From NCBI RefSeq assembly GCF_009914755.1, contig NC_060942.1: a stretch of 64,000 nt of DNA; one strand, 5' to 3'. This document shows positions 13,150-28,053 of the stretch, in pieces. The notes beneath the pieces were generated by a model that was not told where the DNA came from, did not search any database, and saw only the letters and a program-made list of their open reading frames with translations. Source of the DNA: the human T2T-CHM13v2.0 reference genome, Homo sapiens. A program made the translations under genes and the position numbers. Within the stretch, counting starts at the first letter, position 1. Each line of letters starts with the position of its first letter.

Positions 13150-14790
13150 AGAGTGATGGCTTTCTTTATATTTCTTATTCTTGAAGTTTGTATAACTTCT
13201 ATTTGTAGGTTAATATCTTTTATCAATTTTGGAAAGTTCTCATCCATTTTCTCCTCATATTACGTCTGCACCATTTTCCCCTCTCCTGTTTTCTCAGACT
13301 ATATAATCTTGTGTGAGATCTTTCCACTGTGTCCCACAGGACTCTTTACATGTTTTCTGCATTTTTGATAGTTTTTTGTCCTCTGTCTAACCTACCTTCA
13401 CTAATACTGTCTTCTGTGTCAAAATCTGCCACTAAATCCATCTGAGTTCTTCAGTTACGGTGTTATTTCTTTCTTTCTTTCTTTCTTTTTTTTTTTTTTT
13501 TGAGATGGAGTCTTGCTCTTGATGCCCAGGCTGGAGTACAGTGCTTCAATCTCAGCTCACTGCACCTCCACCTCCCGGGTTCAAGTGATTCTCCTGCCTC
13601 AGCCTCCCAAGTACCTGGGATTACAGGCACGCACCACCATGCCCAGCTAATTTTTGTATGTTTATTAAAGACGGGGTTTCACCACGTTGGCCAGGCTGGT
13701 CTCTGTCTCCTGACCTCAGGTGATCTGCCCGCCTCGGCCTCCCAAAGTGCTGGGATTACAGGTGTGAGCCACCGTGCCTGGCTGGTGTTATTTATTTCTA
13801 TAATTTCAAATTGATTCTCTTTTTAATAAATATTAATTGTCTGGTGCATTCTTCATCTTTACCCCTCCACATGTTTCTCCATATATTAATGATAAGGACT
13901 TTAAAGTCCCTGTCCAATATCTGGATCACCTGTGTATGTTTCTATTATCTGTTGTTGTTTTTTGTCATGCGATCTTATCACTTTATATACCTGATAATTT
14001 TAAAATTAAATGCAGAATATGATGTATGAAAAATTATAGAAGTTTAGGACCATATTATCTTCTTCTATACAAGATTTGGCTTTTCCTTTGGTAGGTAATA
14101 GTATGGGGCTGTTCACCTTAATCCTACTGGGGGCTTAGCTGTATTGAGGTATTGTCACTACCTTGAGTTCATTTCCTACTAATAGGAGGTGGCCCTGCAG
14201 TACCTCCCACTGAGAGCCTGGGGCATTCACTAGAATCCCTCCCCGTGGAATGTCCTGAACTCTAACCCTTGTCTCAGCATCATGACTGCTGTCAACTATT
14301 CCCTGCATTTCCAGGGCTTTTTGTTTATCTTCTTGCTCTACTTAGCCTCCTACCCCACGCAGCTCTAGAATCACACAGATGTCTCGAGGGGAAAAAGCAG
14401 TGGTATTGGTGTCAGTTCTTTACCCATCTCTTCTCATTGAGGTCCTGGAATCTCAAGTCTCTAAATGTTATTTTTTCCTGTATCTTGACAAAATCTCTGA
14501 TTGTTTCTCTGCCTTTCACCAGTAATCCTCTGCATATGCCCTTCATTAAACTCTCAGCCTTTTGACTTGCATCTATAATCAGCAACACCCTAAAAGAAAA
14601 GTGGCTAGATGGTATCAGCCCACCTCTGCATGTGGATTCTACTCTCCCAAGATCTTGTGCCCTGAAGTCTTGTTGTAGAAGCTCTCTGATGCCTTCAAAG
14701 AAATGTTATTGTTTGTACTTTCTTTGGTTTTTCTAGATTATCTCAGCAGGACTTCCACAAACAACTCCATCAGAGCCAGAAATGGAAATG
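13150..14790 (-). mobile_element. Ancient L1ME/L1M 5'-ORF1 fragment interrupted by an Alu
   Basis: Antisense ORF1-type motifs (tcttttatcaattttggaaagttctcatccatt; ctaaatccatctgagttcttcagtt; ttaaagtccctgtccaatatctggatcacc). Confidence 0.55.
13469..13782 (-). mobile_element. AluS (Sq/Sx-like) with (TTTC)n tail
   Basis: Full antisense dimer with flanking duplication ggtgttattt. Confidence 0.95.
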
Positions 14791-16724
14791 CCAAATAATG
14801 GCTTTTCAAATTGCAGAATTATCCCATCATTGCTTTTTAAACTTACAGAAGTCTTCTGAGTTTATGGATAATGATTTACAATATTAAAAGTGGTCATGAA
14901 TCATGGACATGCTTTTCTTTAGACTTAACATGATTTTGTTCCTTTTGGATGCTAAACATTTTCATTGCAGCCACTTTTTCAAGAGAATTCAAGATTATGT
15001 TCACATGTTACAAATCAGCTGTGGGAGAAGTAAAATCCAAGCAATGGCATTTTAAAAATGTTTTTAATGTCATTATATCAGTGAAAAATCAACAAAGTGA
15101 TAGTTTTGCATTACAATATGTAAGCAGTTGAGGACCTCTTTTTTTTCCTCTCTTTTATGGGTTATTTAAACATTTAAAACACTAAATGCATCTCCATCGA
15201 GTATCAAATTTTTACCATGTGACTGATAAGACAGGAGCTGATTCAGGGTTATCATAGCCCAAATTCATATCTCTTAGAAATCAGAAGTAAATGGGCCATA
15301 TTTCTTGAAAACTTGATCATCTTTCTTGAGAATCTCCATTAACACACCCATACCTAATAGCTCTGCATTCTTTGATGCTTACATTTATATTTTTCTTTTC
15401 ATTTCCTCTTTTGACAAAGAAAATGGCTTTTATTAAGATAAAAGTTCTCTGCATCAAAGTTTAGAAGCAAAAAAGAAGCAATTTAGAGGATCACTTAACA
15501 AGAACATGTCAATTTTTTTTGAAATAATCTATATAAAATTGTCATAAATGTCAAGAAAGTTGAACTTTGATCCTTTCAAAGAAGACTTTCAGCATTTAAA
15601 TGAAATCTTAACTTAATAAATACAATTTAATTTTCTCTATTAATATAATTGTTCAATGTCCATAACATAATTTTGTGTGTTATATTAAAAATTATAAATA
15701 TTATGAATGTTCTGAGTATAGAAAGAGCACAGACTCTAAAAAATAAAAAAGGAAATAAGGTTCAAGGGATTGGACTGGTAATGGAAGATTTTTTGAAAGA
15801 TCTCTTAGTTTACCCTATCATTTTTAAAATTGATGAGTAAAGATAAGTCATTTTCACACTTCAAGGTAACTGAAAATGAATCATCAACTAAAAGCAGAAC
15901 AGCAAAGATTTTCCTTTCATCATGACTTCAATCACTTAAGTTTTCCTGCCCATATTTATCCTACTGAGACCCCAAAGAACTGAGAGAGGCTCTCTTCAGG
16001 TCAAGTACAGCTCTGCAACCAAGTAATATACACACAAAGCAAGAATAATCTATCAGTCTCATTTGGCATTCAAGTCTATCATCAAAATAGCATAAACAAG
16101 TAGCTCTTTTAAGTCTATCTCCCAGGAAGATTCCCTGAGGCCATAATATGAAGTAGTTCTAATTCTGTGTTTATTAGGTAGTTGACCTACCATTCTCTCT
16201 ATTGCTTTATCTACAAAAATCATGAGTATTGAGAACAAATAATTGCATTATATTTACCATGTTTCAAAATGTTTTTAAAATGACTGTGATTCCAAAAAAA
16301 TATGATTTTAAATACTTGACTTAATTCTTTTCAATTTATATTCCATTGTGTTATTTCTAAACCAGCACTATGAGATGAATCAATATTATTTCACATGGAA
16401 TCTCATGAATTATAGAATATGTAAGCTGAAAACTGCTCAGTATAGGAAAACAAAATTTAACACAATTATTTTAATTGTATATAATGCCTTTTCATATTCA
16501 TTCTTACATTATAATGTATATTTTGAGTTCTAATTTCTTTTACTTAGTAATTTATCCTGATTGCTTCCACTGTCATCATAATCATCATTTCTAGTGAACA
16601 GATAACTCCATTGACATAGGAGTTTCCTACCACTGAACATTAATATTATATATAAATTTTTATAAATATTGTTGCTGTGGTTATTTTAATATATGAAGTT
16701 TCTCTCAAAACCTATTATGTGCCG

Positions 16725-17230
16725 CTCCCAAAGAATTAGTCTTTAGTTCTCTTCTCTTCTCCATTTATATTTATTCCCTTGATGATCTCATCTCATCTCA
16801 TGGCTTTTCATGCCAAATATGTGCCAATAACTCCCAAATTTGGATCACCAGCCAAAGAGCTCTCTCCCAAGCTCCACACTTTTATATCCAACTGCCTACT
16901 CAAATCTCCATTTAGATATCTAAAAAAAAAAAAAAAAAAAATCTCAAACCCAGAAATGTCCCAAACAGAACTCTTGGTTACCCCTTGAAAAACCTCCACA
17001 TGCAACTTATTTTAATCTCGACTGATACAAAATTATCTTAGTTGTTTGGGCAAAAATTTTGGAGCTAGCCTTGACTTCTTTATTTTATATCCCATTTCTG
17101 ATCTGACTGAAAATCCTATTTGTTCTACATTTAAAACCTTTTTAAAATGCAATTCTTTTTACCATCTTCATTTTTATCATCCTAGTCTTAATCACCATCA
17201 TCTTTTTTCTGTATAACAGCATAGTTTTCT
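16725..17230 (+). mobile_element. L2 fragment containing an A20 run
   Basis: tgatctcatc..catggcttt, tatatccaactgcctactcaaatctccatttagatatct[A20]atctcaaacc..aaacagaactctt. Confidence 0.75.
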
Positions 17231-17249
17231 GGATGACACTGTAGTTTCT

Positions 17250-17390
17250 GGTACTAATTTCCTACAGCTGCTGTAACAAATTACCATGAACTTGATGTCT
17301 TAGAACAACAGAATTCTATTCTCTTATGGTTTTGAGCCAAGAGTCCAAAATCAATATCACTGAGCCAAAATTAAGCTATCAGCAGGGCTG
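17250..17390 (-). mobile_element. MLT1D-like LTR 3' terminal fragment
   Basis: ctgctgtaacaaattaccatgaacttg..ttagaacaacagaatt..gtccaaaatcaatatcactgagccaaaattaag..gcagggctg. Confidence 0.75.
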
Positions 17391-18017
17391 AGAAATTATT
17401 TCCTTTGGATAAAATCTTTATTTATATAATGAGGGGTCCAAAACACTTAAATATTTTTATGGGCTCTGAAAGATACAGCTACATTGCTCTCCAATATGTT
17501 CATATCATGTTATATTTTTATCAATATGTTTATCTGTCTCATCATCATCTCACTAGAATTGAGTTTATATTTTCTCTCTTTAAAACAAATTGCAAATGCA
17601 TTGGATCAAGATGCAGATCTACTTCCAAGACATATACAGAGCATCTAATATTATGATGGATTATGCTATGGATTCAGGAGGGAGGTATAAAATAATAAGA
17701 TTTCTTAAAGGATCATCTATGCCTTCCACAAGGTCACAATTTATTAGGAGTAGAAAGAACATATAAAATGGGTGACTAAGTGACATTGCAAAGTGTGAAG
17801 GAAGATCATCAAAACATATCATAGAGCGTACTATGACTGCTTGTGGTAACTCTTTTATATTGGAATTTGATACACTTAGATCAAGTTCAAATGAGAAAAG
17901 AGGTCCTTCTTATTTCATTTCTACAGGGTATTTAATTATCCTATTAATTTCCTGACATAAGATAGCAATGACCCTTCAGGAAACCTTTCTTTAATTCCTG
18001 AAGTTATGATTAAATAA

Positions 18018-18362
<345 letters not shown>

Positions 18363-18503
18363 TACTTGTCTATTTTTTAACTGCAAAGTCTTATGCACTG
18401 CTTCTTCAGTGTTTCAATTTAAACAAAAACAAATCTATAGTTTGGATAATCATAGGAGGTCCCAATCAGACTTATTGAGCTCTGCCGTGACTCCAGAACT
18501 TAC

Positions 18504-18608
18504 CGGGAGAAAGCCCTATCTGCAAGTGGCAGGGAGGGCTCATGAGGGTGATGATTTCCTGAAGAACTGAACCACGTCAAGAACATCCGGGGAATTAAAA
18601 ATCAAATC
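18504..18608 (-). other. Candidate non-coding internal exon (105 nt)
   Basis: Minus-strand acceptor tgtttccattgcag| and consensus donor CCG|gtaagt. CpG retained. Stops in all three through-frames. Confidence 0.35.
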
Positions 18609-19304
18609 CTGCAATGGAAACAATTATCTTGAAGTCCTGACAGCAGTGACCTAGAGAATAGGCCTTGGTTCGAGACCATAATTGCACAAAGGGTTATGAT
18701 CTCTTTGATGATGTGAGACCGAAAAGTAAATCTGAAATTTACTACAGGAAATTCCTAAGTCTAGTAAATGATGTTTTATCTAAGATTGGCCAGAGCCACT
18801 TTTTAAAAGACAATTTTTGAGATTTTTACTTTAATAAAAACATGGGGCATTTTAAAACAGCTGTCTCCTACCGAGAAATCTGCTACTCCATCAATTTCTA
18901 AATTTCACAGTTATAAATAAGAAGCCTGAAAGTATGCCCTCCTTATTGATTATCCCTCAAAACCTAACACATGTGAAAAATAATGTAAGCTTTTGAGTTA
19001 TACATGGTACTAGCTAAAGATGTAAAAGTATCCTGGGGATAAGTCTTCAAATTTGAGTTAGAAAGCTTGAATTTGTACCCACAATACTCATGCTTTGTAT
19101 AACCCTGAAAATATTTAATTCCTTTTAAAAAAAAGGTATAAATAGTATCTACTTCAGTATTTATTATGACTATTAAGCGAGATAGGCTTTGTAAAGAGTC
19201 ATTCATAGATGAGGAACTACCATTATTGACAGTTTATTCATTTATTTAGTTAGTTTATGTAACTGAATAAATATGTAGGAGCCACATGACAAATTATTTT
19301 ATTT

Positions 19305-19870
19305 GTGGTAAGATTCTTTCAGTATCAAAAGACACAAAATCCAATTGGGGCTTTAGTAGAAATAAGGGAACATATTGTCTGATCTGGTCTGGGAGGAGAG
19401 AGAGAAATGGCTTCCTAGTGATTTAATCAGGGCGTTAAACTACACCACACACTCACAGGCTCCAACTTGGCTGGAACCCCGGGGTAGGCTTCCTGCTCAG
19501 CCCAGTCATCCCAGGTAGGAAGATGCTCAGCACTTCCAGCCTCACTTCATCATCCGCCCAATCTAGGAGATGCATACATACAATCCAGGTTGAAGTACAC
19601 ATTGATCCATTCATTGGCTGCAAAAGCCTTTTTTCCCTCAAAGCCCAACAAAAAAGCTTCCCGTGGCCTCTAATGGGATTATGTGCTTCCCATGGGGAGA
19701 AAAACCATTGAGACCATGGAGGAGTGGAAACCTTGATTGTCATAAGCCCCTGGGAATGGGGATGAGAGCCCACTCAAGTCGCATGGATGAGCCTGAAGAA
19801 GAGTTGGTCTGCACCTCCAAAGTGAGCTCTGGATGCAATCATCAAGAATGAATACTAGAAGGCAAGACAG
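19305..19870 (-). mobile_element. Highly degenerate MaLR LTR (MLT1K/L-like)
   Basis: Weak resemblance at agattctttcagtatcaaaagacacaaaatccaa and at cccctgggaatggggatgagagcccac. Confidence 0.3.
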
Positions 19871-20529
19871 CCCATGTTTGTATCATCAGGTACATCTGAT
19901 GATAGCCATCCTTACTGGCCCCTAAGAAAATATGGCAGTGCCTAGAATGTCCCGGGATTCCTGCAGCCACCTGCAGCCCATTATCACCCTGAGGTGAATC
20001 TTGCAGCTGATTTTCATGTCACCTTCAGTTCTGCTCAGTTCTCGATGCTCCTGTGGTCTTGTTTCCATATCCGTTCCACACAATTCTGGGGTTAATCACC
20101 ACTCTGAAGCTCCTTTTCTTCATATGTTAAAGCAAACACTTTCCTTCTTGAATACTCATCATTTTTTTAATCTCTTCTCTGACTAATTGTAGACCAGAAG
20201 CATCAATGATATTTAATCGTCCTGGCAAAACTGGAAAACAAGTAAAAAGAAAACTACGTATACCAATACCCTTTTACATACAATTTAAGGAAAAAGATTA
20301 AGTTGCCGTCTATTGACGTCACTCGCTGCAACACACTGCTTGTAGCCCCACACTCATCGCCTGGTTCCTGCCTCTATATATTTTTTGTGTGCTGTTTCAT
20401 TGCCTCAGACTCCATTCCCACCTTTTTTAACCTGGCTGAATGTTTGTGTTTCTTCCACGCTCAGTACAGGCTCCAGAAGTTCAAGGTAGCTTCTCTGGAA
20501 CTCATCTCTTTGTCCCCTCTTCCCTGGTG

Positions 20530-20710
20530 ATACCTCTCTCAGCACTCACCATATTATGTTGATATTTGGTATAGGGGGCTAGTCTCTACCACTGGTCTAC
20601 ACATTCCTTGAGAGCAGGAATTGTCATATGTATCCCATGGCATAGTGATTGACCATTAACACACAGACAATAAATGTTGTCTGTTGAAGTATACATTGAT
20701 TGATTCATTG
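20530..20710 (+). mobile_element. L2 3' end
   Basis: ttccttgagagcaggaattgtc..caataaatgttgtctgttgaa. Confidence 0.55.
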
Positions 20711-21249
20711 GCTGTCACCATTTTAGCCTGTATACTGTTTAAAATTGTAGTTACATTCTAACTGGGTTTAGCATTGCAAATTACATCTGTAATCCACCAA
20801 TGTGTGATAAATAGGTGCTGGTGATGTTTTCTGCTTAGAAAACATATTCGTGAGTGACTTACAGAAAGAAGATTTAGTAATAAACATAGGTTTTTAGTAG
20901 TCAGCACTACCTTTAAGCATATTATGGAAAAGAAGAAAATAATGAGATAGAAACAGAAGCAGCCAGAGAAGGAGGAAATAAGGAACAGAGGGAGAAAAAA
21001 CAAGCAAGAGAATAATATGAGAGAGGAGACAAAAAACTAAAATGGGATTACTTGAGAAATTGATTTTTAGAATGGTTGTAAACATTTTTAAGCTGTTTAC
21101 TTGGAAGTAAAACTAAAATGAAATTATCTCAACAATGACAAATGAGAACCATAAATTATCTGCATTTTCAACAGTCAAAACCTCTTCCTGGGTGTCTGTA
21201 AATGATTTGTATGCCGTATGGCAACCCTGCTCCATCGGGTACAATTATA

Positions 21250-21480
21250 TGATTGTTTATTGAATAATTGCTCTCCTTGTCAAATGTTTGATTGAATATT
21301 TGCCTGCTCCCTGTAATATTTTCACTGAGTAATTGTCTGCTGTGGGTAATACCTTCACTCAGTAATTGCTTGTTCTGAATAATATTTTCACTGAATCATT
21401 TCCCATTCAGCATATTTTATTGAATGATTTTCTTGTTGTGAGTCATGTTACTGTAAGCTCACTGAGAATTACTTGCTGAA
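21250..21480. repeat. Degenerate 31-33 bp tandem array, about 6-7 units
   Basis: Units include taatattttcactgagtaattgtctgctgtggg (21314-21346), taataccttcactcagtaattgcttgttctgaa (21347-21379) and taatattttcactgaatcatttcccattcag (21380-21410). Confidence 0.75.
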
Positions 21481-22111
21481 TTGCATATTTCCTTTGTAGA
21501 CCTGAGTCCTTGCCCCGTACCTTCTCCAGGCTGTTGAGAGATTATATAACAACTTTCTTTTTCTAAATTATTTTCTAGTAGTGCTGAAGTTTGAAACTGA
21601 ATGCTATGCTCAAAGTCAAGTAAAATGAAAGTTCTGCTTTTAAAGGGGGAAGAAACTTACAGGAGACAAATGGGGAAAGCAAACGATTCTAAGTGGGATA
21701 GGTGTAGAACATCATAGGTAAGCTGTACCCAAAACTGATTTGGAGGTTTCTAGAATCAATTTTAATGAGACTGTAATATTTCCCTATTCAACAAAATGCT
21801 AGGGGTTGATGGCTTATAAATGGTTATATATGTTAAAGTAGCAGACTGTCGTAGAAAGATAAGAGAATTTGAAATTGAAAGACATAGATTCCATTTATGG
21901 ATCTGTCATTTACTCTTCTAAACTTCCGTATCCTTATCTTTAAAATGGATATAAAAGTATTTTCTTTCTTTATTCATTGAGCTAGTTAAGATAAAATATG
22001 TAAAATTCTTCAGATATGATAATGTCCCCAGCCATAGCTATTATAGCATTATATATTACCCTCTACAGGCCTTTATCTTAGCATGTATTATATTAAATTA
22101 TCTCTTTATGG

Positions 22112-22936
<825 letters not shown>

Positions 22937-23415
22937 TAGAGAAGCTGCATTGTAATGAAGTTCACCATATTCTGAGGTATAAACAGAAAACTAGGAGAAC
23001 ATGGAACTACCTACAGAATCAAAGGTATAATATCATAAGGTTGTTCAGTACAACAAAATAATGATAGTAACATTTAGTTCTTTCCACAATACAGATATTT
23101 TTTCTCAAAGTAAAGAGAGACAAGAAGAAATTAAGGAGCTAATAGCCTCTAATTAGCAACCTATATACTAATAAATATGTAGTATATATTACATATATAA
23201 TCTTTGAGTACCAATAAATCTAATGACTCTAAATTAAATGTTTTTTCCACTAAACTCTGTTTTGTCCTGTCAGTTATATTGCATTTCTAGTTAATATTCA
23301 ACTATATAGATATTTTTCCTTATAGATACTATCTTTGGAATTTATGAAACATATTCTTTTATCTTGTAGCTATGTATGGGTTCAAGATTATATGAGTGGA
23401 ATATATTATCATGGA

Positions 23416-23422
23416 TTCTTCT

Positions 23423-23455
<33 letters not shown>

Positions 23456-23737
23456 AGACGGAGTCTCGCTCTGTCGCCCAGGCTGGAGTGCAGTGGTGCA
23501 ATCTCGGTTCACTGCAACCTCTGCCGCCTGGGTTCAAGCTATTCTCCTGCCTCAGCCTCCTGAGTAGCTGAGACTACAGGTGCGCGCCACCATGCCCAGC
23601 TAATTTTTTTTTTATTTTTAGTAGAGATGAACTTTCACCATGTTGGCCAGGATGGTCTCGATCTCTTGACCTCATGATCTGCCTGCCTCAGCCTCCCAAA
23701 GTGCTGGGATTATAGGCATGAGCCACCGTGCCCGGCC
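23416..23737 (-). mobile_element. AluSc-like
   Basis: aggatggtctcgatctcttgacctcatgatc, long T tail, short TSD gattct. Confidence 0.93.
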
Positions 23738-23974
23738 GATTCTCCCTGTAAGTAGATTTCAATATAGATAATCCCACAAAGATAATTATATATTGTAATG
23801 GTATAGAGACCCAAACATATCTTCAAGAGAGCTGTAAATTCTCTAGCTTAGGTATATTCAATTGATGCTTGAGCTTATTCAAAGTGAAGCCTCATCCTAG
23901 AGCTCAAAATTTGATTGCACTAGTACCCATGAGTACTATTTACCAAATACTTCTGACATTCCTTTAGGGAAGAT

Positions 23975-25590
23975 AGTAGTGTTGCACTTCTTCTTGGAGA
24001 TAGGTGTGACCATTTGACTTCCTCTGGCTAATAAAATGGGAATGGAGGTAACATGTCATTTCTGGCTGAAAGTGTTAAGAGCCAGTACCAGATCCAGTGC
24101 CAGGTAAGATAGAAGGCACACTTCACCCATCTCTCACACTTGATGCAACTATAAAACCTGAACAGAAGTCATAGAGCAGCTAGTTGAGGTCTTTGAAAAG
24201 CAAATTTCAGCAGATACGTTGGGGAAGAATATAAGAATGTGAAGTGAACTAGTTTAAATCATCCTGAAATTATTTGAACTACTTTGAAGTGCTGTTTGAA
24301 CTACTTTGAAGCCCACTAAACTAGCAACGGGCCTCCTTTTTTTTTTTTTCTTCAACATCACCCAGCCCAGACTTGATAGAAGTAAGCACTGTGGCAAAGA
24401 GAGAGCCCCAGGAACAGTCCTCTAATTCTGGCCTGAGGAGCTAAAATGGGAACTTTTAACAGTCAGAGAGAACATGGGAATCCCTCCTTTTATTCCTCAC
24501 TCGTCTTCCATTCTTTTATCCTCCATCCCCCAGGCAATCCCACTGTGGGGGTGGCAGTGGCCAGTGATGGGAGCTGGCAGCAGCCAAATCTCTGAGGGAG
24601 GGGGACCTTCCTCTTCAGTTGGAAGAGCTGAGACTAAAAAAACATGGGGCCAACTCGTTGCTTTTTTTCCTTCTCTGTCCTTTAGTGGTTTGGTCCCAGA
24701 GTAGCCCAAACACAGAAGTGTTCAGCAAAGTGGGGCAACTAAAGCCCCAAGATTTGGGCCAGAATTCTGAAATGGGGAAACCCAGGGAGCCAGAAAATGC
24801 TGGGAGATAGCAGACAGGGAAGAGTTTGATCCCATAAAAGCAATCCCATAACCTTTTCTATAAACTCCAGGTCTCCTCTAAGAGCCTCACACCCATGGAT
24901 CTGATACTAATTCACATACCAAAGACTGTGAACTGAAGAGATAGACTACCACCACTGAGTCACAGACTATCCCTTGCATAGGACATGGCCTGATACACCT
25001 GAAGTGCAGTATAAAGGCTTTGAAACTGAACTGATACTGGCACTACAGCCTACGGGAGGAAAATTGGAACTTACGGCCTGAACCTAACAATTTTCCTAAT
25101 CTTAAAAAATATCAACATTCTCCAGTGGATTTAAACAAGACATATTCAAAATGTCCAGCATGCAATCCAGAATTACTCAACTTACAAAGAACATCAAAAA
25201 TTCGTAAGAAAAAAGACCATCAGCAGATGTCAAGGCCAAGATGACACTGATGTTGGAGTTACCTGACAAAGACTTTAAGGTGATTTTTGTTAAAATGCTT
25301 GGAGAGAAATCATGAACATTTTTGAAACAAATTTTAAAATAGAAATTCTCAGCAAATAAATAAAGATATTAAGAAGAGCTAGTGCTCAATTCACTAGGCT
25401 TTCCCTCTGCCGTGGAGACCAGCAATGTTCTAGCCCAAGTGATAAATAAAGGACGACATGGAGCAGAATACTCAACTCACCTGTGATAGACGTGTAATAT
25501 TAATGAGGAGTAAACCTGGTTGTCTTAAACCACTGAAATGCATGTGTTGCTCCTTACAGCAGCATAACCTAACCTATCCTGACTGATATA
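23975..25590 (+). mobile_element. MLT1I/J-like LTR split in two (about 23975-24088 and 25374-25590) by an L1 insertion
   Basis: 5' half gtgtgaccatttgacttcctctggctaataaaatg..ttaagagccagt. 3' half ends ttacagcagcataacctaacctatcctgactgatata. Confidence 0.7.
24089..25373 (+). mobile_element. Ancient L1M 5'UTR plus start of ORF1 only
   Basis: ORF1-start motifs aaaatgtccagcatgcaatccagaattactcaac and agatgacactgatgttggagttacctgacaaagactttaagg. Flanked by aagagccagtac / aagagctagtgc. Confidence 0.65.
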
Positions 25591-28053
25591 ACTGAATACT
25601 CTGAATTTTATGATCTAATAAAACTTTACATATTGGTATCAGGGAAGTGAACATTTTGGACCAAAACTAGTATTTACTCCATGTTAAATCTCCAGATAAA
25701 TTCTATAACTCTTCCAAGATAAGCACCTAATTGCTGATTAAGCCCTCTTCTTAAGAGACACAGATAGTATAGTTCATCTAGCTTTTTTAATTATATAGGT
25801 TTCTCTTTTTGTGATGTCTACAGTAAAAAGAAACCAGAAATTGTTTGGATTTCTAACTTAATTAATAATAACAATATGCCAAGCAAGATTACTCTGAATC
25901 TGTAAAGAAACAATTATGCAATATTATACATTTAAAATTAATTGAGTTAATTACAGTTTTCATGTAATTAGTGCATTCCCTTCTTACCAGATAAAATCGA
26001 ACTTGTATATTATACTTTAAATCTGTTAATCAATCTCTACTGTTATGCATTCACTCAAAATATACACTTAAAACGGTGGTCATCACTGGGATAAAGAATA
26101 AAAAATGGCATAAAACAAAATATACTCTGTACAATTTCCCAGTTCTATAAACAATACTCTATAAAATGAAGTGGAGTTTTAACCTAATTGAATTTATATA
26201 ATGCTTAATAAATCAATGTTTGACCTTACTTTGTTTGTCAAGAGCTCAGATTAAGTTAAAAAGACTTGGACGAACATTTAACCCCATCACCCATGTCTAT
26301 TTATTAAAATACTTTTTCTAAAAATCTTGAAAACTCAGTGTCCAAGAATTGCTATAATCAGCTTATAAAATATCTAGAATGATTACTAGAAATGCAGTAC
26401 CTATTGTAAGGCTCATAATAACCAGATTGGCAATATGTTTGACAAATTAATGGCCTAATTTTTCATTCCTTTGTTATTTATTTTAATAACCTGATTAGCA
26501 CAATGATGTTGACTCATGAATTACTTAAACCAAAATGGTACAATGTAATTGTCATCCAGCATCAATAACTCCATTTTCCCTCTCGGGCAGATTAGGCTGT
26601 ATTTATGCATTCTCCCTCACAGTGAAGGAAGAGGAATTGTTCTTTCTCTCCCTTCCACCTCCTCTAATAATGCTCCTCAATACGTATTCCCACGAGATTT
26701 ACATGGAAATATTAACCATGAGAAATCTTGTGGGCTTTTTAAAAGTTCTGGCTCAATTATAATCATGAGAGACAATGGGAAGGAAAATAGAGTTGTTTGG
26801 GACATTATTCACTTACTGTCTCTGAATTGTTTGAGCCAGACGTATATAATCATCACATCTCTCAATTGCCTTTATTTTAATCCATATACCTTAAATCAGA
26901 TGAAACAAGTTTTCTTTTAAAAAATCCACATTATAATATTCTGCAGTAAACACGCCATAATTTTTCAAAGAGTTTTATCAATGTGAGTTACAAAAGTCAC
27001 ATGCTGTTTGGAGTTTGCAATGGGATATGGTCAGTAGTCAGATTAGTCACCATGATGTCCTTTCTGTGATTTTTGGTCTACAAGTAAGTATTGTTCAAAA
27101 AGATGTGAAAAGCTTAAGAGACTCCTTACAGAGAAAATAGATTGGGGCAAAAAGCATGGAGTTAGTCAAACAGCAAGAAGGTTTTTAGGGTTGAAATGAA
27201 CTAGTCATATGGAAATACGTCTGAGACTAGAGACAAGGTTCTAAGACTAGGTCTGTCCCTTTCAGCCACATGCCCAAAACAGTCAGGGAGGACAGGAGAA
27301 GTTCCTTGCTAAGAAGAAGATTAGAAGGACACAGTAATGCTATCAAAATTACCTCGAAATGGAGGTAAACAGCTTAAATGAAAAAATAGTAGACTATTGG
27401 TAACAGAGGTGGGAGGGGTAATTTCCACCGACTTGAAAAGCCAAATCTCTGGAATTTAGATGAGTCTATATGAAAGAAGAAGGTTCAAGTGAGTTAGGTA
27501 GAAGCATTCTACTAAAACCGAGGGCGACAGACAAGGAAGGTGTGTGTATGTTCACAGAAAGAACAAAACTCTCTAAGCCAGATGTTCAAAACAACCAATC
27601 CATTTAAAAATGGCTATTTTTGCTGGGTTGATTTTTCCTCTCTGGTAAATTCTGAATTTTGTTTACAGTATTAGCATTTTTTCAAAAGTTTTTCACTGTG
27701 CTTTTTGAACATTTGAATGCTTTTTTGTTTACTTTTCAGACAGTTTTTAAAATGTATTCTCCACCAATTATGCATGCTCTGTTCATTTAGCAATGCCTTC
27801 ATGAATTTATATTTTTCTTGTCAGATTTTACTTAGCGTTTGCAACTACTGGTTGATGTATTAGTAACTTTTCTGTATCCTGGAGTGCTTTTACTATTTAT
27901 AAAAGATTAATTTTTAAAATTTTCTTTTTACATTTTCATTTGAAAGTCACTTTCATCCAGTGATGCCAGTTTTAACTATTTAGCAGAGTTTCTTATTTTT
28001 TACCACCTTTTTAGTGCGCTTTATATTTAAGCAGCATTCTTCATTAAAAAAAT

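Noticed and set aside
21250-21480. CRISPR-like reading of the ~33-bp array, and of the TA-spaced captured snippets at 60 kb
   Set aside because: This is primate DNA with no cas genes, no identical repeats and no constant-length spacers.
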